From contig JBHLNF010000008.1 in NCBI GenBank assembly GCA_048937405.1, positions 96,001 through 160,000 on the forward strand: 64,000 nucleotides of DNA, given 5' to 3'. A model generated the notes under the pieces. The model searched no databases and was not told the origin of the DNA. It saw only the letters and a program-made list of their open reading frames with translations. Source of the DNA: Promethearchaeota archaeon. Its GTDB lineage: Archaea > Asgardarchaeota > Lokiarchaeia > Sigyniarchaeales > SOKP01. The first letter of the stretch is position 1. Every line of letters starts with the position of its first letter. Shown here piece by piece: positions 11,139-22,627 of the stretch. The position numbers and the translations under genes were made by a program.

Positions 11139-11426
11139 TTATACTATTGGAGCTTTTATATCTTTTTTGTATACCTTTTTTTCATAAATTTTTTCTTGAT
11201 ACCATAAGTAAATACCTAAACAGATCAAAAAGATTGAAAAACATAAATAGAAAATCCAGAAGACAAATCCAGCTATAAAAAATGCTGGTCTCCGTATTTC
11301 AGATTCTGACATATTAAATATTATCCCAACAAGTGCTAAAATTGATGATATTAGTCCACATATCAATTCAAAATAGATAGCTTGTCGTTCTTTTTTAATT
11401 CGTTTTTGATAAGGCGCTAATACCAT
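11139..11426 (-). CDS. Small two-TM membrane protein
   Basis: Two hydrophobic segments with charged termini. Confidence 0.6.
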   Translation of the reverse strand: MVLAPYQKRIKKERQAIYFELICGLISSILALVGIIFNMSESEIRRPAFFIAGFVFWIFYLCFSIFLICLGIYLWYQEKIYEKKVYKKDIKAPIV

Positions 11427-11473
11427 ATAATTCCTCTATTAAGAAAATATTATTAATCTTAGGATTTAAAAAT

Positions 11474-12664
11474 TCATTTTAAGAATTCTTCAAATTTATT
11501 ATATACTGTTTCTAAGATGTTTTTGTTTGGTAAAAAAGTAAGTCTTATATGATCTTTACCAAAATCTCCAAATCCTGAACCATAAACTCCACAAATTCCT
11601 GTTTCTTCAAGTAGATCAATCGTAAATTCTTTATCATCTTTCCATTTTCTAAATTCACTGAAATCAATCTTTGGAAATAGATAAAACGCTCCATTTGGTT
11701 TAATACATGAAATACCTTCAATTTTCCTTAATCTATTATAAGAATAATCTCTTCTTTCTTTTAATTTACTGACCATCTCTTTAGTATGCGTTCCCGGATT
11801 TTTCATTATTTCAATAGCTGCGTATTGGGCGACAGAACTAGCTGATAACCGAGCACGAGCAAGTTTTGAGATACAAGTTTTGACATCTTCCAATTTATTT
11901 TCAGGATCGTGATAATACAGATATCCTAAACGCCAACCTGTAGCGAGATGTGCTTTTGAAAAACCATTTAATCCAATTATAGGAACATCCTTGGAAAGGG
12001 TTGCTGTAGAAATAAAAGGTTTATCATATATAATTTGTTCGTAGATTTCATCAGATATTATTGGTATATTATATTCTCCAGCCAAACTAATAATTTCTTT
12101 AATTTTATGTTCACTATACATACTACCTGTAGGGTTATTTGGTGAGCTTATTAAAATTGCTTTTGTTTTTTCGTTAATCTTGCTTCTTAAATCCTCAATA
12201 TTGGGCTCCCAATCATTTGATTCATCTAATTCGTATTCTACAGGAACCCCATCAAAAAATCTAGCATAATTAATATAAAGCGGATAGCTGGGACCTGGTA
12301 TTAATATTTCATTCCTATTTTCCAATAAGGTAGCTAAAATAAAGAAAATTGCTTCTGTAACACCTGTAGTTACCAAAATATCTTCAGAAGGAATATCAAT
12401 ATTATATTTAGTTTTTAAAGATTTGCTTAATAGATCTCTAAGTTCCATGGCTCCTAATGAATCCGCATAATAGTTTTTTCCATTAAAAGAAGCATCGGCT
12501 AATGCTTGTGAGATATATTTTGGCATATTAAAATCATATATGACAGGATCTCCAATATTTAAATGATATATTTTTTTTCCACTCTCTGCAACTCTATTCG
12601 CTACTGCAGCTATTTCACGAATAGCATATGAAATTTCCTTTACTCTTTTAGAAACCATGATCAT
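11474..12664 (-). CDS. Class I/II PLP-dependent aminotransferase (AlaA/alanine aminotransferase-like)
   Basis: LNIGDP, SPNNPTG, ISDEIY, NGFSKAHLATGWRLG (PLP lysine), GAFYLFP. Confidence 0.92.
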   Translation of the reverse strand: MIMVSKRVKEISYAIREIAAVANRVAESGKKIYHLNIGDPVIYDFNMPKYISQALADASFNGKNYYADSLGAMELRDLLSKSLKTKYNIDIPSEDILVTTGVTEAIFFILATLLENRNEILIPGPSYPLYINYARFFDGVPVEYELDESNDWEPNIEDLRSKINEKTKAILISSPNNPTGSMYSEHKIKEIISLAGEYNIPIISDEIYEQIIYDKPFISTATLSKDVPIIGLNGFSKAHLATGWRLGYLYYHDPENKLEDVKTCISKLARARLSASSVAQYAAIEIMKNPGTHTKEMVSKLKERRDYSYNRLRKIEGISCIKPNGAFYLFPKIDFSEFRKWKDDKEFTIDLLEETGICGVYGSGFGDFGKDHIRLTFLPNKNILETVYNKFEEFLK

Positions 12665-12915
12665 TTCTGATAATTATAATCAGCATTAATAGAATAAATT
12701 AATTATTTTAAATCATGGTTTAATTCTATTTAAAATTACTATTTAAATAGTTAGTATGCAAAATAATAATCTTGAATATCAAATGAATAAATTCCTCAGA
12801 ATAAATATCTAAAAACAACATCTAACGATAATTTTTTTAGCAAAACAAAATAAAGATTTATATTGAATAACCATAAAAATAAGATATATCTTTTAAAAAT
12901 AATATTAAAATAAAA

Positions 12916-13197
12916 GTGCAAAAAATGGGTAACGGTTTCGGTGTATTAAGTTTTTTACTTGGTATAATTGGAATAGGAGCATTATTCCTAAAATTTGTTT
13001 TAAACTTACATGGTCATATAGCATTAATATTCGCCGTTCTTGCAATTATTTTTGGTATAATCGGAGTTGCAGTAGATGATTCAAAAGCCCTTGGAGTTAT
13101 AGGATTGATCATAGGGATTGTCGTGGTGATTATTTTGATTGCAGGGATCCCCTTGTTACGTGTTATCAGAAATTTTATACAAGATATAAAGCCTTAA
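12916..13197 (+). CDS. Small three-TM membrane protein (DUF4190-like)
   Basis: Gly-rich hydrophobic helices; AIIFGIIG...GLIIGIV. Confidence 0.6.
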   Translation: MQKMGNGFGVLSFLLGIIGIGALFLKFVLNLHGHIALIFAVLAIIFGIIGVAVDDSKALGVIGLIIGIVVVIILIAGIPLLRVIRNFIQDIKP

Positions 13198-13327
13198 AAA
13201 AAATTTACTTATATTTTTAAATTCAAATTTTTTTTATTTTAAAATATCATCATAAACATTGTCTAAAATATTGAAAACTATTAATTAATTTCAATAAAAT
13301 TGATAACTTGGTTAATAGAAAAAAATA

Positions 13328-14389
13328 TTACAATAATGAATCCCAATCAATTGCTTTTTCAATCAATTGTAGAACTTTTTCCATTTCATCTTTTTGAATA
13401 CCAGGTTTCAATCTTTCTAAATTCCTCATAGTAGTATAAGTATCAGAGGGACTTAAAATTATAGGAATTCTTTTTTCATTAGCAGCGGTAATTACTCCTA
13501 TATCCGGCTGTATAAAACCTGTTAGAATTAAAACAGAAACATTTTGAGCCAAAGCAGCCATAGCTAAATCAGTTCTGTCGCCTCCTGTAATGAATGCAAC
13601 TCTTTTAATCTGTCTTAGATATTTTAAAGCTGATTGTGCATTCATGGCGCCTATAAGATATGTTTCTACAAGATTAGCTAATCCTGATGAAGATTGTTCA
13701 TTTATTAATTCTCCTCCGATTTGTTCTTTTATTTCATCTACTCTAGGAGAAAATAATTCTAGACTTTTTTCTATAATTCCTAGGACAGGAATATTATATT
13801 TGTTAATGTGATCTTCAGTTAATTCCTTAATTCGTGCTATATAGTCGAAATTTATTTTATTAAATAAAATTCCTTTAATACTGATGTTGCGAAAATCATA
13901 ATAATTCTTTGTAAAAAAAAAATTGTCTATACATCGATCAGAGGATTCTGTTGAAACATAGATCAATTCATTAATTCCAAGAGTTTGTGCGATACTGACA
14001 TCATCCAGTCCTATTCTAATAAACTTTCTGATGCTAGGATTGCCCTCGATAATAATATAATCTGCATCTTTGGAGATTCTTTCATATGCTTTTTTGATCT
14101 TTTCCAGAAATTCTTCTTTTTTGTCAGCATCAACTAAATCTATATAATATGCATCAGGAATAGATACAGGAGATATAAAATCATATGGATAATCTGTTTT
14201 ATAAATCGTATTCAAGATAAAACCAACATCTGGATCAGCTTTATTTGAAAAGGCGCTTTTAGGAATCCCAATCGGTTTAAAATAGGCAAATTTTTTTCCT
14301 TCTTTTTTTAATTTTTGAATAAATCCTATAGAAAGAAAGCTTTTACCTGCATTTTCTTGTAATGAACTAAAATAAAAAATTTTAACCAT
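13328..14389 (-). CDS. Phosphotransacetylase N-terminal (BioD-like P-loop + DRTGG) family protein
   Basis: AGKS, YFKPIG, IIIEG, ITGGDRTD, LILTG; lies directly downstream of the acetate-CoA ligase. Confidence 0.88.
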   Translation of the reverse strand: MVKIFYFSSLQENAGKSFLSIGFIQKLKKEGKKFAYFKPIGIPKSAFSNKADPDVGFILNTIYKTDYPYDFISPVSIPDAYYIDLVDADKKEEFLEKIKKAYERISKDADYIIIEGNPSIRKFIRIGLDDVSIAQTLGINELIYVSTESSDRCIDNFFFTKNYYDFRNISIKGILFNKINFDYIARIKELTEDHINKYNIPVLGIIEKSLELFSPRVDEIKEQIGGELINEQSSSGLANLVETYLIGAMNAQSALKYLRQIKRVAFITGGDRTDLAMAALAQNVSVLILTGFIQPDIGVITAANEKRIPIILSPSDTYTTMRNLERLKPGIQKDEMEKVLQLIEKAIDWDSLL

Positions 14390-14450
14390 TTTCTTCCCTT
14401 TTTTTATTCTTTTGTTATTATTTTAATTTAAATTTATAATTATTTGCTTT

Positions 14451-16601
14451 TTACTTTTTTATTGTAATTTTTATATCTACAGCACTATATCCTTTCACAA
14501 ATGATAAAAGAGGATTAATATCTAATTCAACTATTTCTGGAAAGTCTGTTATAAGTTGTGAAAGTCTAAGCATTACTTCTATGATTGACTCAATGTCAGA
14601 TGGAGGTTCACCTCTTACGCCTTGTAAAAGACTATAGATTTTTGTATTTTCAATTTGCTGTTTAACATCTTCTCTTGTATATTTATACCCTAATGAAAAT
14701 GATACATCTTTCATAAAATTGGCATAAATTCCTCCCGTTCCGAACATCAATATATTTCCAAAACAAGGGTCTTGTGACATTCCGATTATTAACTCGTTAG
14801 TTTTCTCCTGTGATTTAAAATCAATCATCTCTTGTATTTCGACTCCATAAATCTTTGTATTCTGGGGACCAAATTTTTTAGCATTATTTATGATCTGTAT
14901 AAATGCTTCGAATGCATCTTGTTCTGATTGAATATTTAATAATATACCCCCTACATCTGTTTTATGAATTATTTGTGGACTTACTATTTTCATGACCGTC
15001 TTTCCAATTTCAGACTGTAATTTCATCGCTTGTCGAGGTGTTTGGGCCAGTCGTGATTTAGGGGATTTTATACCATAACAATCAAAAATCTCGCTAGTCT
15101 CATAACTTAATAAGACCATTCTGTTATCATCCCTTACCTTTTTAAGTATCTGTTTTACCCTAGATTTTTTTACTTTAAAAGAGGGAATCTCCAACATGTC
15201 TAATGGCGTACTATTCAAGTATTTACGTTGTTCAATTAATGTTTTTAAAGAATGAGCTGCTCGATCGGGGAAATGATAACATGGTATATGATTTTTTTTT
15301 AAATAATCTCGACCTTCTGAAATATTCTTTCCTCCTATGAAAGAACAAACAATAGGTTTATCATGTAAATAATGAGAAGAAATCTCATGAATAAGCTTAG
15401 CAACTTCAGTAGGATTTGTTTGAGCTTGAGGTGTTACTATTATTAAAGCCCCTTGGGTTGATATATCACCTAAATCTTTATTACTATTAATTCCAAATAC
15501 CGTTTTTATTGTAAATTCGTAACGATCTGGAGCAGCATCTCCAACAATATCAATTGGATTAAAAATTGCTGCCTCAACTGGCAATTTTTCTCTTAATGAG
15601 TGCAAAATTTGTTCTGAAAAATTTGAAAACTTCAAATTTTCTCGCTCAAATGCATCTGTAGCAACAATTCCAGGACCACCTGCATTTGTTATTATTGCAA
15701 AAGAATTTTTTTGAGGAATTGGTTGGTAAAGAAAAATTTCTCCATAATCAAATAGATCTTCTATTGTATTCGCTCTGATTACTCCACATTTTTTAAAAGC
15801 TAAATCATAAGCGATATCTGCTCCCGCTAATGCCCCAGTATGGCTAGAAGCCGCTCTAGCTCCAGCTTCACTTATTCCTGATTTTAAAATTACAATTGGC
15901 TTTTTTCTTGTTGCACTAGGCAAAATTTCTAAAAATCTATCTCCGTCTTTAATACTTTCTAAATAACATAAAATAACTTTTGTATTATCATCATTAGCGA
16001 GATACTCTATAAAGTCTACAGCACCTAGATCTGCTTTATTCCCTAAACTTATATTACATGAGAATCCAAATGTCTGTGTCATTGAATAATCCATCATTCC
16101 TGTAAGCATAGCCCCAGATTGCGAGATCATTGCTATCTCTCCCTTTTTAGGACTTTCTGCTGCAAATGAACCATTATAATTAAGACCAATAAATCCTAAA
16201 CAATTTGGACCTAATAGTCTCATATTATACTTTTTACCGATTTTAATGAGTTCTTCTTCTCGTTTAACTCCTTCGCCGCCAATTTCTTTAAATCCTGCTG
16301 AAATAATAATTAATCCTTTTACGCCCTTTTTACCGCACTCCTCTGCAGCTGAATTTACAAATTTTCCAGGTATAACAAAAATAGAAATATCAATATCTTC
16401 AGGAACATCTAATACACTTTTAAAGCAAGGAAGTTCACAAATTTCTTCCGCTCTAGGATTTATTGGGAATATTCTTCCTTTAAATCCAGAATTTATAATA
16501 TTTAATAAAACAGTATTTCCAACTTTTCCTTTAGTGGCACTTGCGCCAATTACAGCAATACTTTTTGGATTGAAGAAAAAAGAGATATCATTATTTACCA
16601 T
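14451..16601 (-). CDS. acdAB: ADP-forming acetate/acyl-CoA ligase, fused alpha-beta type
   Basis: FFNPKSIAVIGAS, LGPNCLG, ISQSGA, SHTGALAG (phospho-His), HKTDVGG, ELDINP; likely start ATG at 16601. Confidence 0.92.
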   Translation of the reverse strand: MVNNDISFFFNPKSIAVIGASATKGKVGNTVLLNIINSGFKGRIFPINPRAEEICELPCFKSVLDVPEDIDISIFVIPGKFVNSAAEECGKKGVKGLIIISAGFKEIGGEGVKREEELIKIGKKYNMRLLGPNCLGFIGLNYNGSFAAESPKKGEIAMISQSGAMLTGMMDYSMTQTFGFSCNISLGNKADLGAVDFIEYLANDDNTKVILCYLESIKDGDRFLEILPSATRKKPIVILKSGISEAGARAASSHTGALAGADIAYDLAFKKCGVIRANTIEDLFDYGEIFLYQPIPQKNSFAIITNAGGPGIVATDAFERENLKFSNFSEQILHSLREKLPVEAAIFNPIDIVGDAAPDRYEFTIKTVFGINSNKDLGDISTQGALIIVTPQAQTNPTEVAKLIHEISSHYLHDKPIVCSFIGGKNISEGRDYLKKNHIPCYHFPDRAAHSLKTLIEQRKYLNSTPLDMLEIPSFKVKKSRVKQILKKVRDDNRMVLLSYETSEIFDCYGIKSPKSRLAQTPRQAMKLQSEIGKTVMKIVSPQIIHKTDVGGILLNIQSEQDAFEAFIQIINNAKKFGPQNTKIYGVEIQEMIDFKSQEKTNELIIGMSQDPCFGNILMFGTGGIYANFMKDVSFSLGYKYTREDVKQQIENTKIYSLLQGVRGEPPSDIESIIEVMLRLSQLITDFPEIVELDINPLLSFVKGYSAVDIKITIKK

Positions 16602-16752
16602 TTTTGCATCTGATTTAAAATATATTCTAAAGTTTGTATAAAATTCTAATATTGTAATTATTTTTAAATTTTTCATTGATTAAAAATACAACCATACAAG
16701 AAAAAGTTCAAAATATAATCATTAAAAAGAGATCGATAATTCTTATTCTATA

Positions 16753-17229
16753 ATGACAGATATAGTTATGGTTACATCTAAAGGAAATATAAATTTAAGA
16801 TTATTTGATGAGGATGCTCCCATGACAGTGGCTTCTTTTATCCATTTAATTAATCAAAATTTCTATAATGGGATTATTTTTCATCGTGTGATTGCTGATT
16901 TTATGATACAGGTAGGCTGTCCTTTAGGACGGGGTACAGGTGGACCAAAAGATAAAGGAATTAATTCTTTTCCTTATCAAGGGCAACAAATCCGTTATCC
17001 TTTTGCAGATGAATTTCAAAGTGGTAGGGTTTTTGATAAACCAGGGATTTTAGCCATGGCGAATGCGGGATCGAATACAAATGGATCTCAAATCTTTATC
17101 ACTCATGTACCAACACCATGGTTAAATAATAAACATACAATTTTTGGAGAAGTAATAAGTCCAAAAGATCAATCTATAGTAGATTCCATTGTACAAGGAG
17201 ATAAAATCCTTGAAATCAAAATAAATTAG
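16753..17229 (+). CDS. Cyclophilin-type peptidyl-prolyl cis-trans isomerase
   Basis: FHRVIADFMIQ, LAMANAG, TNGSQIFI, WLNNKHTIFGEV. Confidence 0.95.
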   Translation: MTDIVMVTSKGNINLRLFDEDAPMTVASFIHLINQNFYNGIIFHRVIADFMIQVGCPLGRGTGGPKDKGINSFPYQGQQIRYPFADEFQSGRVFDKPGILAMANAGSNTNGSQIFITHVPTPWLNNKHTIFGEVISPKDQSIVDSIVQGDKILEIKIN

Positions 17230-17434
17230 AATTTTTAATTAATATTTTATTCTAGCTAATTTATTTTTTGTTTTAATCAAATATGTTTCAGTTTAAATTC
17301 AAAGAATGCTTTAAATGAATTTTAATCTTTATGAACTTTACTGAGAATACTAAAAATTTATAGATATAAACACTATTAATAATTTAGAGTCATTAATAAT
17401 TTCTTAAAAAATCATACGATTATATTTATTTAAC

Positions 17435-18715
17435 ATGAGTAAAGATTTGAAAGATAAAATCAACGTTATTGAGAAAGAGTCTAAAACAAATGCACAATTA
17501 GAAGAACAGATCCATTCTTTAAAAGAAAAGATGGAGTATCAGAAATTTACAATAAAAGAACAGAAATTATTAATTGAAAATCTTCAAAGTCATATGAATA
17601 GTGAAGATCATGAAAAAGTAAAATTACCAAGTGAAATAGATCTTTTAAAAGATATTATTATTTCACAAAGAACAGAAATAGATAAAAAAAATTCTATAAT
17701 TGATAAATTAAATGATAAAATATTTGAAATAAATTCAGGATTAGATAGTTTTGAAAATTCACCTAGACAATATATTAATTCTGAAGAATTTCTCGAAGCT
17801 CAAAGATTAATTGTGAATTTAACCGATGAAAATGAACATTATAAAAATGATATTGAACATTTGAGGTCTCAATTAGAAAAATTGCAATCTGAAAAGAGTG
17901 AAATTGAGGAAATTATTGAAGATAAGACTAAAAATAAAATAAATGATGAATTGAATAATTTTAAAAGATTAAACTTCCAATTGATGGAAGAAAATGGATT
18001 ATTACGAGCAGAAATTGAAAAATTAAAAAATAGATTAAATGAACAACCCAAAATAATAGCTTCAGATGATTTAGTAATAGCAAATAATAAAATTGCTATT
18101 CTTTCCTCGGAAATAGAAGATCTTGAAGCACAAATTAAATATCTTCAAGAAAATAGTGATAAAAAAGATGAACCTGTAATTGTTTCAACTGAGGATGCAT
18201 TAGAATTAACTAAATTAAGAGAGGATTTTGAAGTTTCGAAAAATGAATTATTAGAATTACAAAAGGAAAATCAAAACCTTATGCAAATTATAGATAAGTT
18301 GAAAGAGGAGAAAAAAATGGATATACAAAAAATCAAAATTGATTTTCCCGAGGTTAAAGGATTATCAAAAAATATGAAACAATCTCTTTTTTTTAGAATG
18401 TATAGGTTCCTTGATGAAAATAATAGGCATAAGGTAATTAATTCTCTAATTCAAGATTTAAAAACAGGTAATACTCATATTAAAAAAAAATCAATAAAAA
18501 TTTTAACTGTTCTAAAAAATAAAAAAATTTATGATACATTTCTTGAAATGAGAAATGATAAAGATTGGATCGTAAGATATTTTATCATTAAGGCACTAAG
18601 CAAATTTGAAGATAAGAATAATGAGTTAAAACAGATTTTCCAAAACTCCTTAAATGATGTAGATGTTGATGTTAGAGAATTAGCAATGAAAATTTTAGAA
18701 AATTTTCCCAAATGA
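17435..18715 (+). CDS. Coiled-coil protein with C-terminal HEAT repeats
   Basis: Long E/K/L heptad region; DKDWIVRYFIIKAL and LNDVDVDVRELA HEAT motifs. Confidence 0.75.
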   Translation: MSKDLKDKINVIEKESKTNAQLEEQIHSLKEKMEYQKFTIKEQKLLIENLQSHMNSEDHEKVKLPSEIDLLKDIIISQRTEIDKKNSIIDKLNDKIFEINSGLDSFENSPRQYINSEEFLEAQRLIVNLTDENEHYKNDIEHLRSQLEKLQSEKSEIEEIIEDKTKNKINDELNNFKRLNFQLMEENGLLRAEIEKLKNRLNEQPKIIASDDLVIANNKIAILSSEIEDLEAQIKYLQENSDKKDEPVIVSTEDALELTKLREDFEVSKNELLELQKENQNLMQIIDKLKEEKKMDIQKIKIDFPEVKGLSKNMKQSLFFRMYRFLDENNRHKVINSLIQDLKTGNTHIKKKSIKILTVLKNKKIYDTFLEMRNDKDWIVRYFIIKALSKFEDKNNELKQIFQNSLNDVDVDVRELAMKILENFPK

Positions 18716-18813
18716 AAAATAAAATTGACAGATCTGTAAAATTTTGCTAAACGTATTCATAAGTCATTATTCTTTGAATAAACTATAGAACTTCTCTAAA
18801 TTGATTATTAATA

Positions 18814-19077
18814 ATGGGACGAAGATTATTCACAGTCAATAGATGGAATTGGAGTCAAAAAGCAAAGAAATGGGTTTTTGTTGAAATAACTAAGACTGGT
18901 AAGAAAAAGTATCATTATCAAGTAGAACCACCTAAAGAATTTATTAAATTAACGATACAAATGAAAGAGTTAAATGAAAAATTATCAAAGATAACAGATC
19001 CAGAAGAAAATGCTAAAATTTTTGACGAATTGATGAAAATTTCTCAAAAAATGCAAGATATGGGAAAAATTGGTTAA
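18814..19077 (+). CDS. Hypothetical protein
   Basis: 87-aa ORF with Trp-rich N-terminus and helical C-terminus. Confidence 0.65.
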   Translation: MGRRLFTVNRWNWSQKAKKWVFVEITKTGKKKYHYQVEPPKEFIKLTIQMKELNEKLSKITDPEENAKIFDELMKISQKMQDMGKIG

Positions 19078-19814
19078 ATATAGTTTTTAAGTTCTTTTCT
19101 TGAAAATTTATCTGCTAAATAGAGAGGTTCAGGTTGTCTATGATTTTTTGTAGTTATCAAACAAATCTCTAAGGCTAAGTTAAGTGAAATTTTATATCCC
19201 TCACTAATAAATACAGGTTTACTACCATCATTTAAGCATACGGCATATCCTAAAAAATCATTTAATTTTTCTTTGCATAAGTCTTTAGGGATTTTAGCCC
19301 ATATTGGAGATTTATTTCCTTTAACCCTTTCTATTTTTTGCCAATCTGAAAATCCTATAAATGCATTTTTTGCAACTCCCATGCTAGGAATATCTAAAGC
19401 ATTACCTAAATGAACTGCTTCGCCGAATCTTCTAGGATGGATTTTTCCATGACCATCACACATTATTAAATTAGGTTTATTTGGAACTTTTGAAATTACT
19501 TTAGCTAATAATTTGCATTCTCTGAAACCTAAAAAACCTGGCTTATAAGGAAATTTAATAATATCTTTAGCAAAAAAAGTATTTTCCTGCAGATTTTCTT
19601 TTAAATTCCAAACTACGGCACAAGCTATACCATATTCATTATTTCTTTCTTTAAAATATGATATATCAACCCCAACAATAGTATTTATGAGATTTTTGTT
19701 AGTAATATATTTATGATCTGAGGCTTTTTTCATTAAGTTTTGATATTTAATTTGGATTGCTTCTGCTTGTTCAAATGAATAATTATCTTTCAATAGTTCT
19801 TGAATAATCGTCAT
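19074..19814 (-). CDS. nfi: Endonuclease V
   Basis: VGVDISY, FPYKPGFLGFRE, CDGHGKIHPRRFG, GVAK, PEPLYLAD. Confidence 0.93.
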   Translation of the reverse strand: MTIIQELLKDNYSFEQAEAIQIKYQNLMKKASDHKYITNKNLINTIVGVDISYFKERNNEYGIACAVVWNLKENLQENTFFAKDIIKFPYKPGFLGFRECKLLAKVISKVPNKPNLIMCDGHGKIHPRRFGEAVHLGNALDIPSMGVAKNAFIGFSDWQKIERVKGNKSPIWAKIPKDLCKEKLNDFLGYAVCLNDGSKPVFISEGYKISLNLALEICLITTKNHRQPEPLYLADKFSRKELKNYI

Positions 19815-19979
19815 TCTTGAAGAGAAATTTTATATGTCTTATTTATTATTAAATTTAGATGGTTTATTATTATTCTAATTTAAATATTTATTCTTATTTT
19901 TTTAAATTTATAAAAAAAAGATTTAACTTATCTTGATTTCTTATAAATTTATAATCTCAATTAATTTGGTGTTCTTTCT

Positions 19980-20783
19980 ATGAAAATAGCTGTATCAGGT
20001 AAGGGAGGAGTCGGAAAAACATTAGTTGCTGGGATTTTAGCGAGAATGTTTGCAAAAGATGGTTTTAAGGTTCTTGCAATCGATAATGATTCAGCAATGA
20101 ATCTGAGTTATACATTGGGTATTGATAAACAAACTAAAGAAAAAATCATCCCGATTAAAGAAATGAAATCAATGATTGAAGAAAGAACACTTGTGGATGG
20201 TGCAGGTCCAGGAGTTTATAATATAAATCCAGAAGTATCGGATATTCCTGATAAATATAAAGTATCAGGTCCAGATGGCTTACAATTATTGGTTTTAGGA
20301 GGAATAGAAGAACCAGCAACAGGTTGTTTGTGTCCTGAAAATGCTTTAATAAGAACTCTATTGTATAATCTATTTGTTAAAAGAAATGAAGTTATAATTG
20401 TAGATTTTGAAGCGGGAATTGAACATTTAGGACGAGGGACAGCAAAAGGAATTGATTTAATGGTAGTAATTACAGAACCTTCTCAAAAATCATTAGATCT
20501 CTGCAAGAAAATAATTGAACTTTCAAAAAAATTGGGAGTAATAAACATTTATTTAATAGCCAATAAAATAACTGATGAGAGCCAAAAAAATATAATAAAT
20601 CAAAAAATAAAAAACTGGGACGTTCCACTTTATCATTCAATTCCTTTTGACTCAGATATAGGAAAAGCTGATTTAGAAGGTAAATCTCCAATTGATTTTA
20701 ACTCAAATTCAAAAGCAATTTTATCAATTAATTCTCTTTACCAAAAATTGAAAAAACTAAAACAAGAATTATTTGATTTATAA
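19980..20783 (+). CDS. cooC: CooC-type nickel-insertion ATPase
   Basis: SGKGGVGKT, GCLCPEN, DFEAGIEHLGRGTA. Confidence 0.9.
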   Translation: MKIAVSGKGGVGKTLVAGILARMFAKDGFKVLAIDNDSAMNLSYTLGIDKQTKEKIIPIKEMKSMIEERTLVDGAGPGVYNINPEVSDIPDKYKVSGPDGLQLLVLGGIEEPATGCLCPENALIRTLLYNLFVKRNEVIIVDFEAGIEHLGRGTAKGIDLMVVITEPSQKSLDLCKKIIELSKKLGVINIYLIANKITDESQKNIINQKIKNWDVPLYHSIPFDSDIGKADLEGKSPIDFNSNSKAILSINSLYQKLKKLKQELFDL

Positions 20784-20788
20784 TAGCT

Positions 20789-21031
20789 TTAGATTATATC
20801 TGTAAGATCTAAATCTTGTTCTTCCGCAAGTTCCTTCCATTGTTCTATTGCAACTAATGCATCTTTTTCGTCCATCATCTCAATAGCATAACCAGCATGA
20901 ACAACTACATACTTTCCTATTTCAGGATTTTGTATTAATGCAATAATTACATTTTGTTTAATCCCATCAAAATCTACTAAGGCAGAATTCTGATCGATTT
21001 CTAAGATCTTTCCTGGAATTGCTAAACACAT
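20789..21031 (-). CDS. hypC: Hydrogenase maturation chaperone HypC
   Basis: MCLAIPG N-terminus; VVVHAGYAI. Confidence 0.96.
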   Translation of the reverse strand: MCLAIPGKILEIDQNSALVDFDGIKQNVIIALIQNPEIGKYVVVHAGYAIEMMDEKDALVAIEQWKELAEEQDLDLTDII

Positions 21032-21135
21032 ATGAAATCTCTAAATAGAACGTAATAAGTAATTTCAATAATTGTTTTAAATAATTAAAATTATTCCTTT
21101 TCAAAATTAAATATTTTATGATTTTTAAAAAATAA

Positions 21136-21942
21136 TTAATTTTTTGATGGTTTGCCTGAGTAAAAGTCGATTAAATCATCCAACCAATTGAAAATTTCCT
21201 CTTTATTCAAATTGTCAATATTAAACTTCAATCTCTCTAACTCTCTAACAATATTTTTGACATCTAAAGGAACTGATTTTTGACAGAGTTCAAACATAAA
21301 CTCATTACTTTTAGATACTATAGATTTTATTTCAGTATCCATAGGGTCAAACATTGGCGTGTTATCGATTTCATCCACGCTTCTATCAAAATCTACAAGA
21401 AGATTTATTAAATCAAAAAGTCTTCCTGTTTCATTTCCCTTAAATGCTTTGTTAAATTGAAAGTAGTATCCTTTGTAATCATCAATTGGGATTAATTCTG
21501 AATATTGATTAGCTATTTTAATTACAGATTTGAAATGTTTATAAAGATTTGATGGAGACCATGAATATATATCAAAACTCGTTTCTACTTCGTTACTTTG
21601 TATATCTAAATTAAATATATGTTCATCTTTAAAATAACCAAAGGGAATAATAACGAAATCTAATGAATTTGTAGGATTGTTTATCAAATTAAAAGTCAAA
21701 TCATTAATTGTATATGTCTGATCAATTGAATGTTTGTATAAATCAAACTTTACTTTTTTAATATCTGATTTGTACATATAGAATAACAATCCTTCAAATC
21801 CTTGAAGACTAAATTCTATTGAAAAATTGATTAGCTTTCTACTCTGCGTATTATTATTATTAAATCTTGCATTAAGAAACAGATGATAATAATTTTCAAG
21901 ATGTTGAAAAAACCATGGAGCATCTCGCTTTAAATTAAACAT
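21136..21942 (-). CDS. Hypothetical protein
   Basis: 268-aa ORF; no motif. Confidence 0.6.
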   Translation of the reverse strand: MFNLKRDAPWFFQHLENYYHLFLNARFNNNNTQSRKLINFSIEFSLQGFEGLLFYMYKSDIKKVKFDLYKHSIDQTYTINDLTFNLINNPTNSLDFVIIPFGYFKDEHIFNLDIQSNEVETSFDIYSWSPSNLYKHFKSVIKIANQYSELIPIDDYKGYYFQFNKAFKGNETGRLFDLINLLVDFDRSVDEIDNTPMFDPMDTEIKSIVSKSNEFMFELCQKSVPLDVKNIVRELERLKFNIDNLNKEEIFNWLDDLIDFYSGKPSKN

Positions 21943-22105
21943 AATTATTATAACTCCATTTTGTTTTTATTCTTTTAGTTAGATAATAAATTCTTAGATA
22001 AATACAAATAAAATATTCCAAATAATTTAATGACTCTTTATTATATAAATCTTATAGCTATGGTATACTAAAAGAAGAAATACTCAGAAAACTAAATTAA
22101 CTTAA

Positions 22106-22414
22106 TTAGTTAAAATATTCTTCATCATGTTTTTTTTCTTTTTTTTTTTTAGAAGAGTCAAAAAATAAAGATTTTTTGAAATCAAACTCAATTTTTCGAA
22201 GGGTATCTTGTAGCTCTAAGGTATCATAATCTTTCATAAGTAAATCTATCAGACCATTTTTTAAAGCCTCTAAATTATCGACTCCACATTTATAATAGAC
22301 GTTATCTGGGTCTAAACTAATATTCAAAACTTCAAATAACCCATAAAGGGCATCTTTCACTTTATCGTAATAATCCCAAGGATCCTCATTCGAATCATCG
22401 TCTGAATCACACAT
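22106..22414 (-). CDS. Hypothetical acidic protein
   Basis: 102-aa ORF; no motif. Confidence 0.6.
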   Translation of the reverse strand: MCDSDDDSNEDPWDYYDKVKDALYGLFEVLNISLDPDNVYYKCGVDNLEALKNGLIDLLMKDYDTLELQDTLRKIEFDFKKSLFFDSSKKKKEKKHDEEYFN

Positions 22415-22627
22415 ATTTTATCAATAAGGTTGAGTTGTAAATGCTATATAAAAATTTTTCGAAAATATTAAAAGATACATATTTAAATCCTTTTTGAAAA
22501 GAAATTTAAATTTACCTTAAATCAAATTAAAAGTGTAAATTCATGGCTTTTAAATTAAGAAAATTACCTAGATATCAAAATGAAAAGTATAAAATATAAA
22601 AAAATAAAAAAAATTTTAGATATTAGC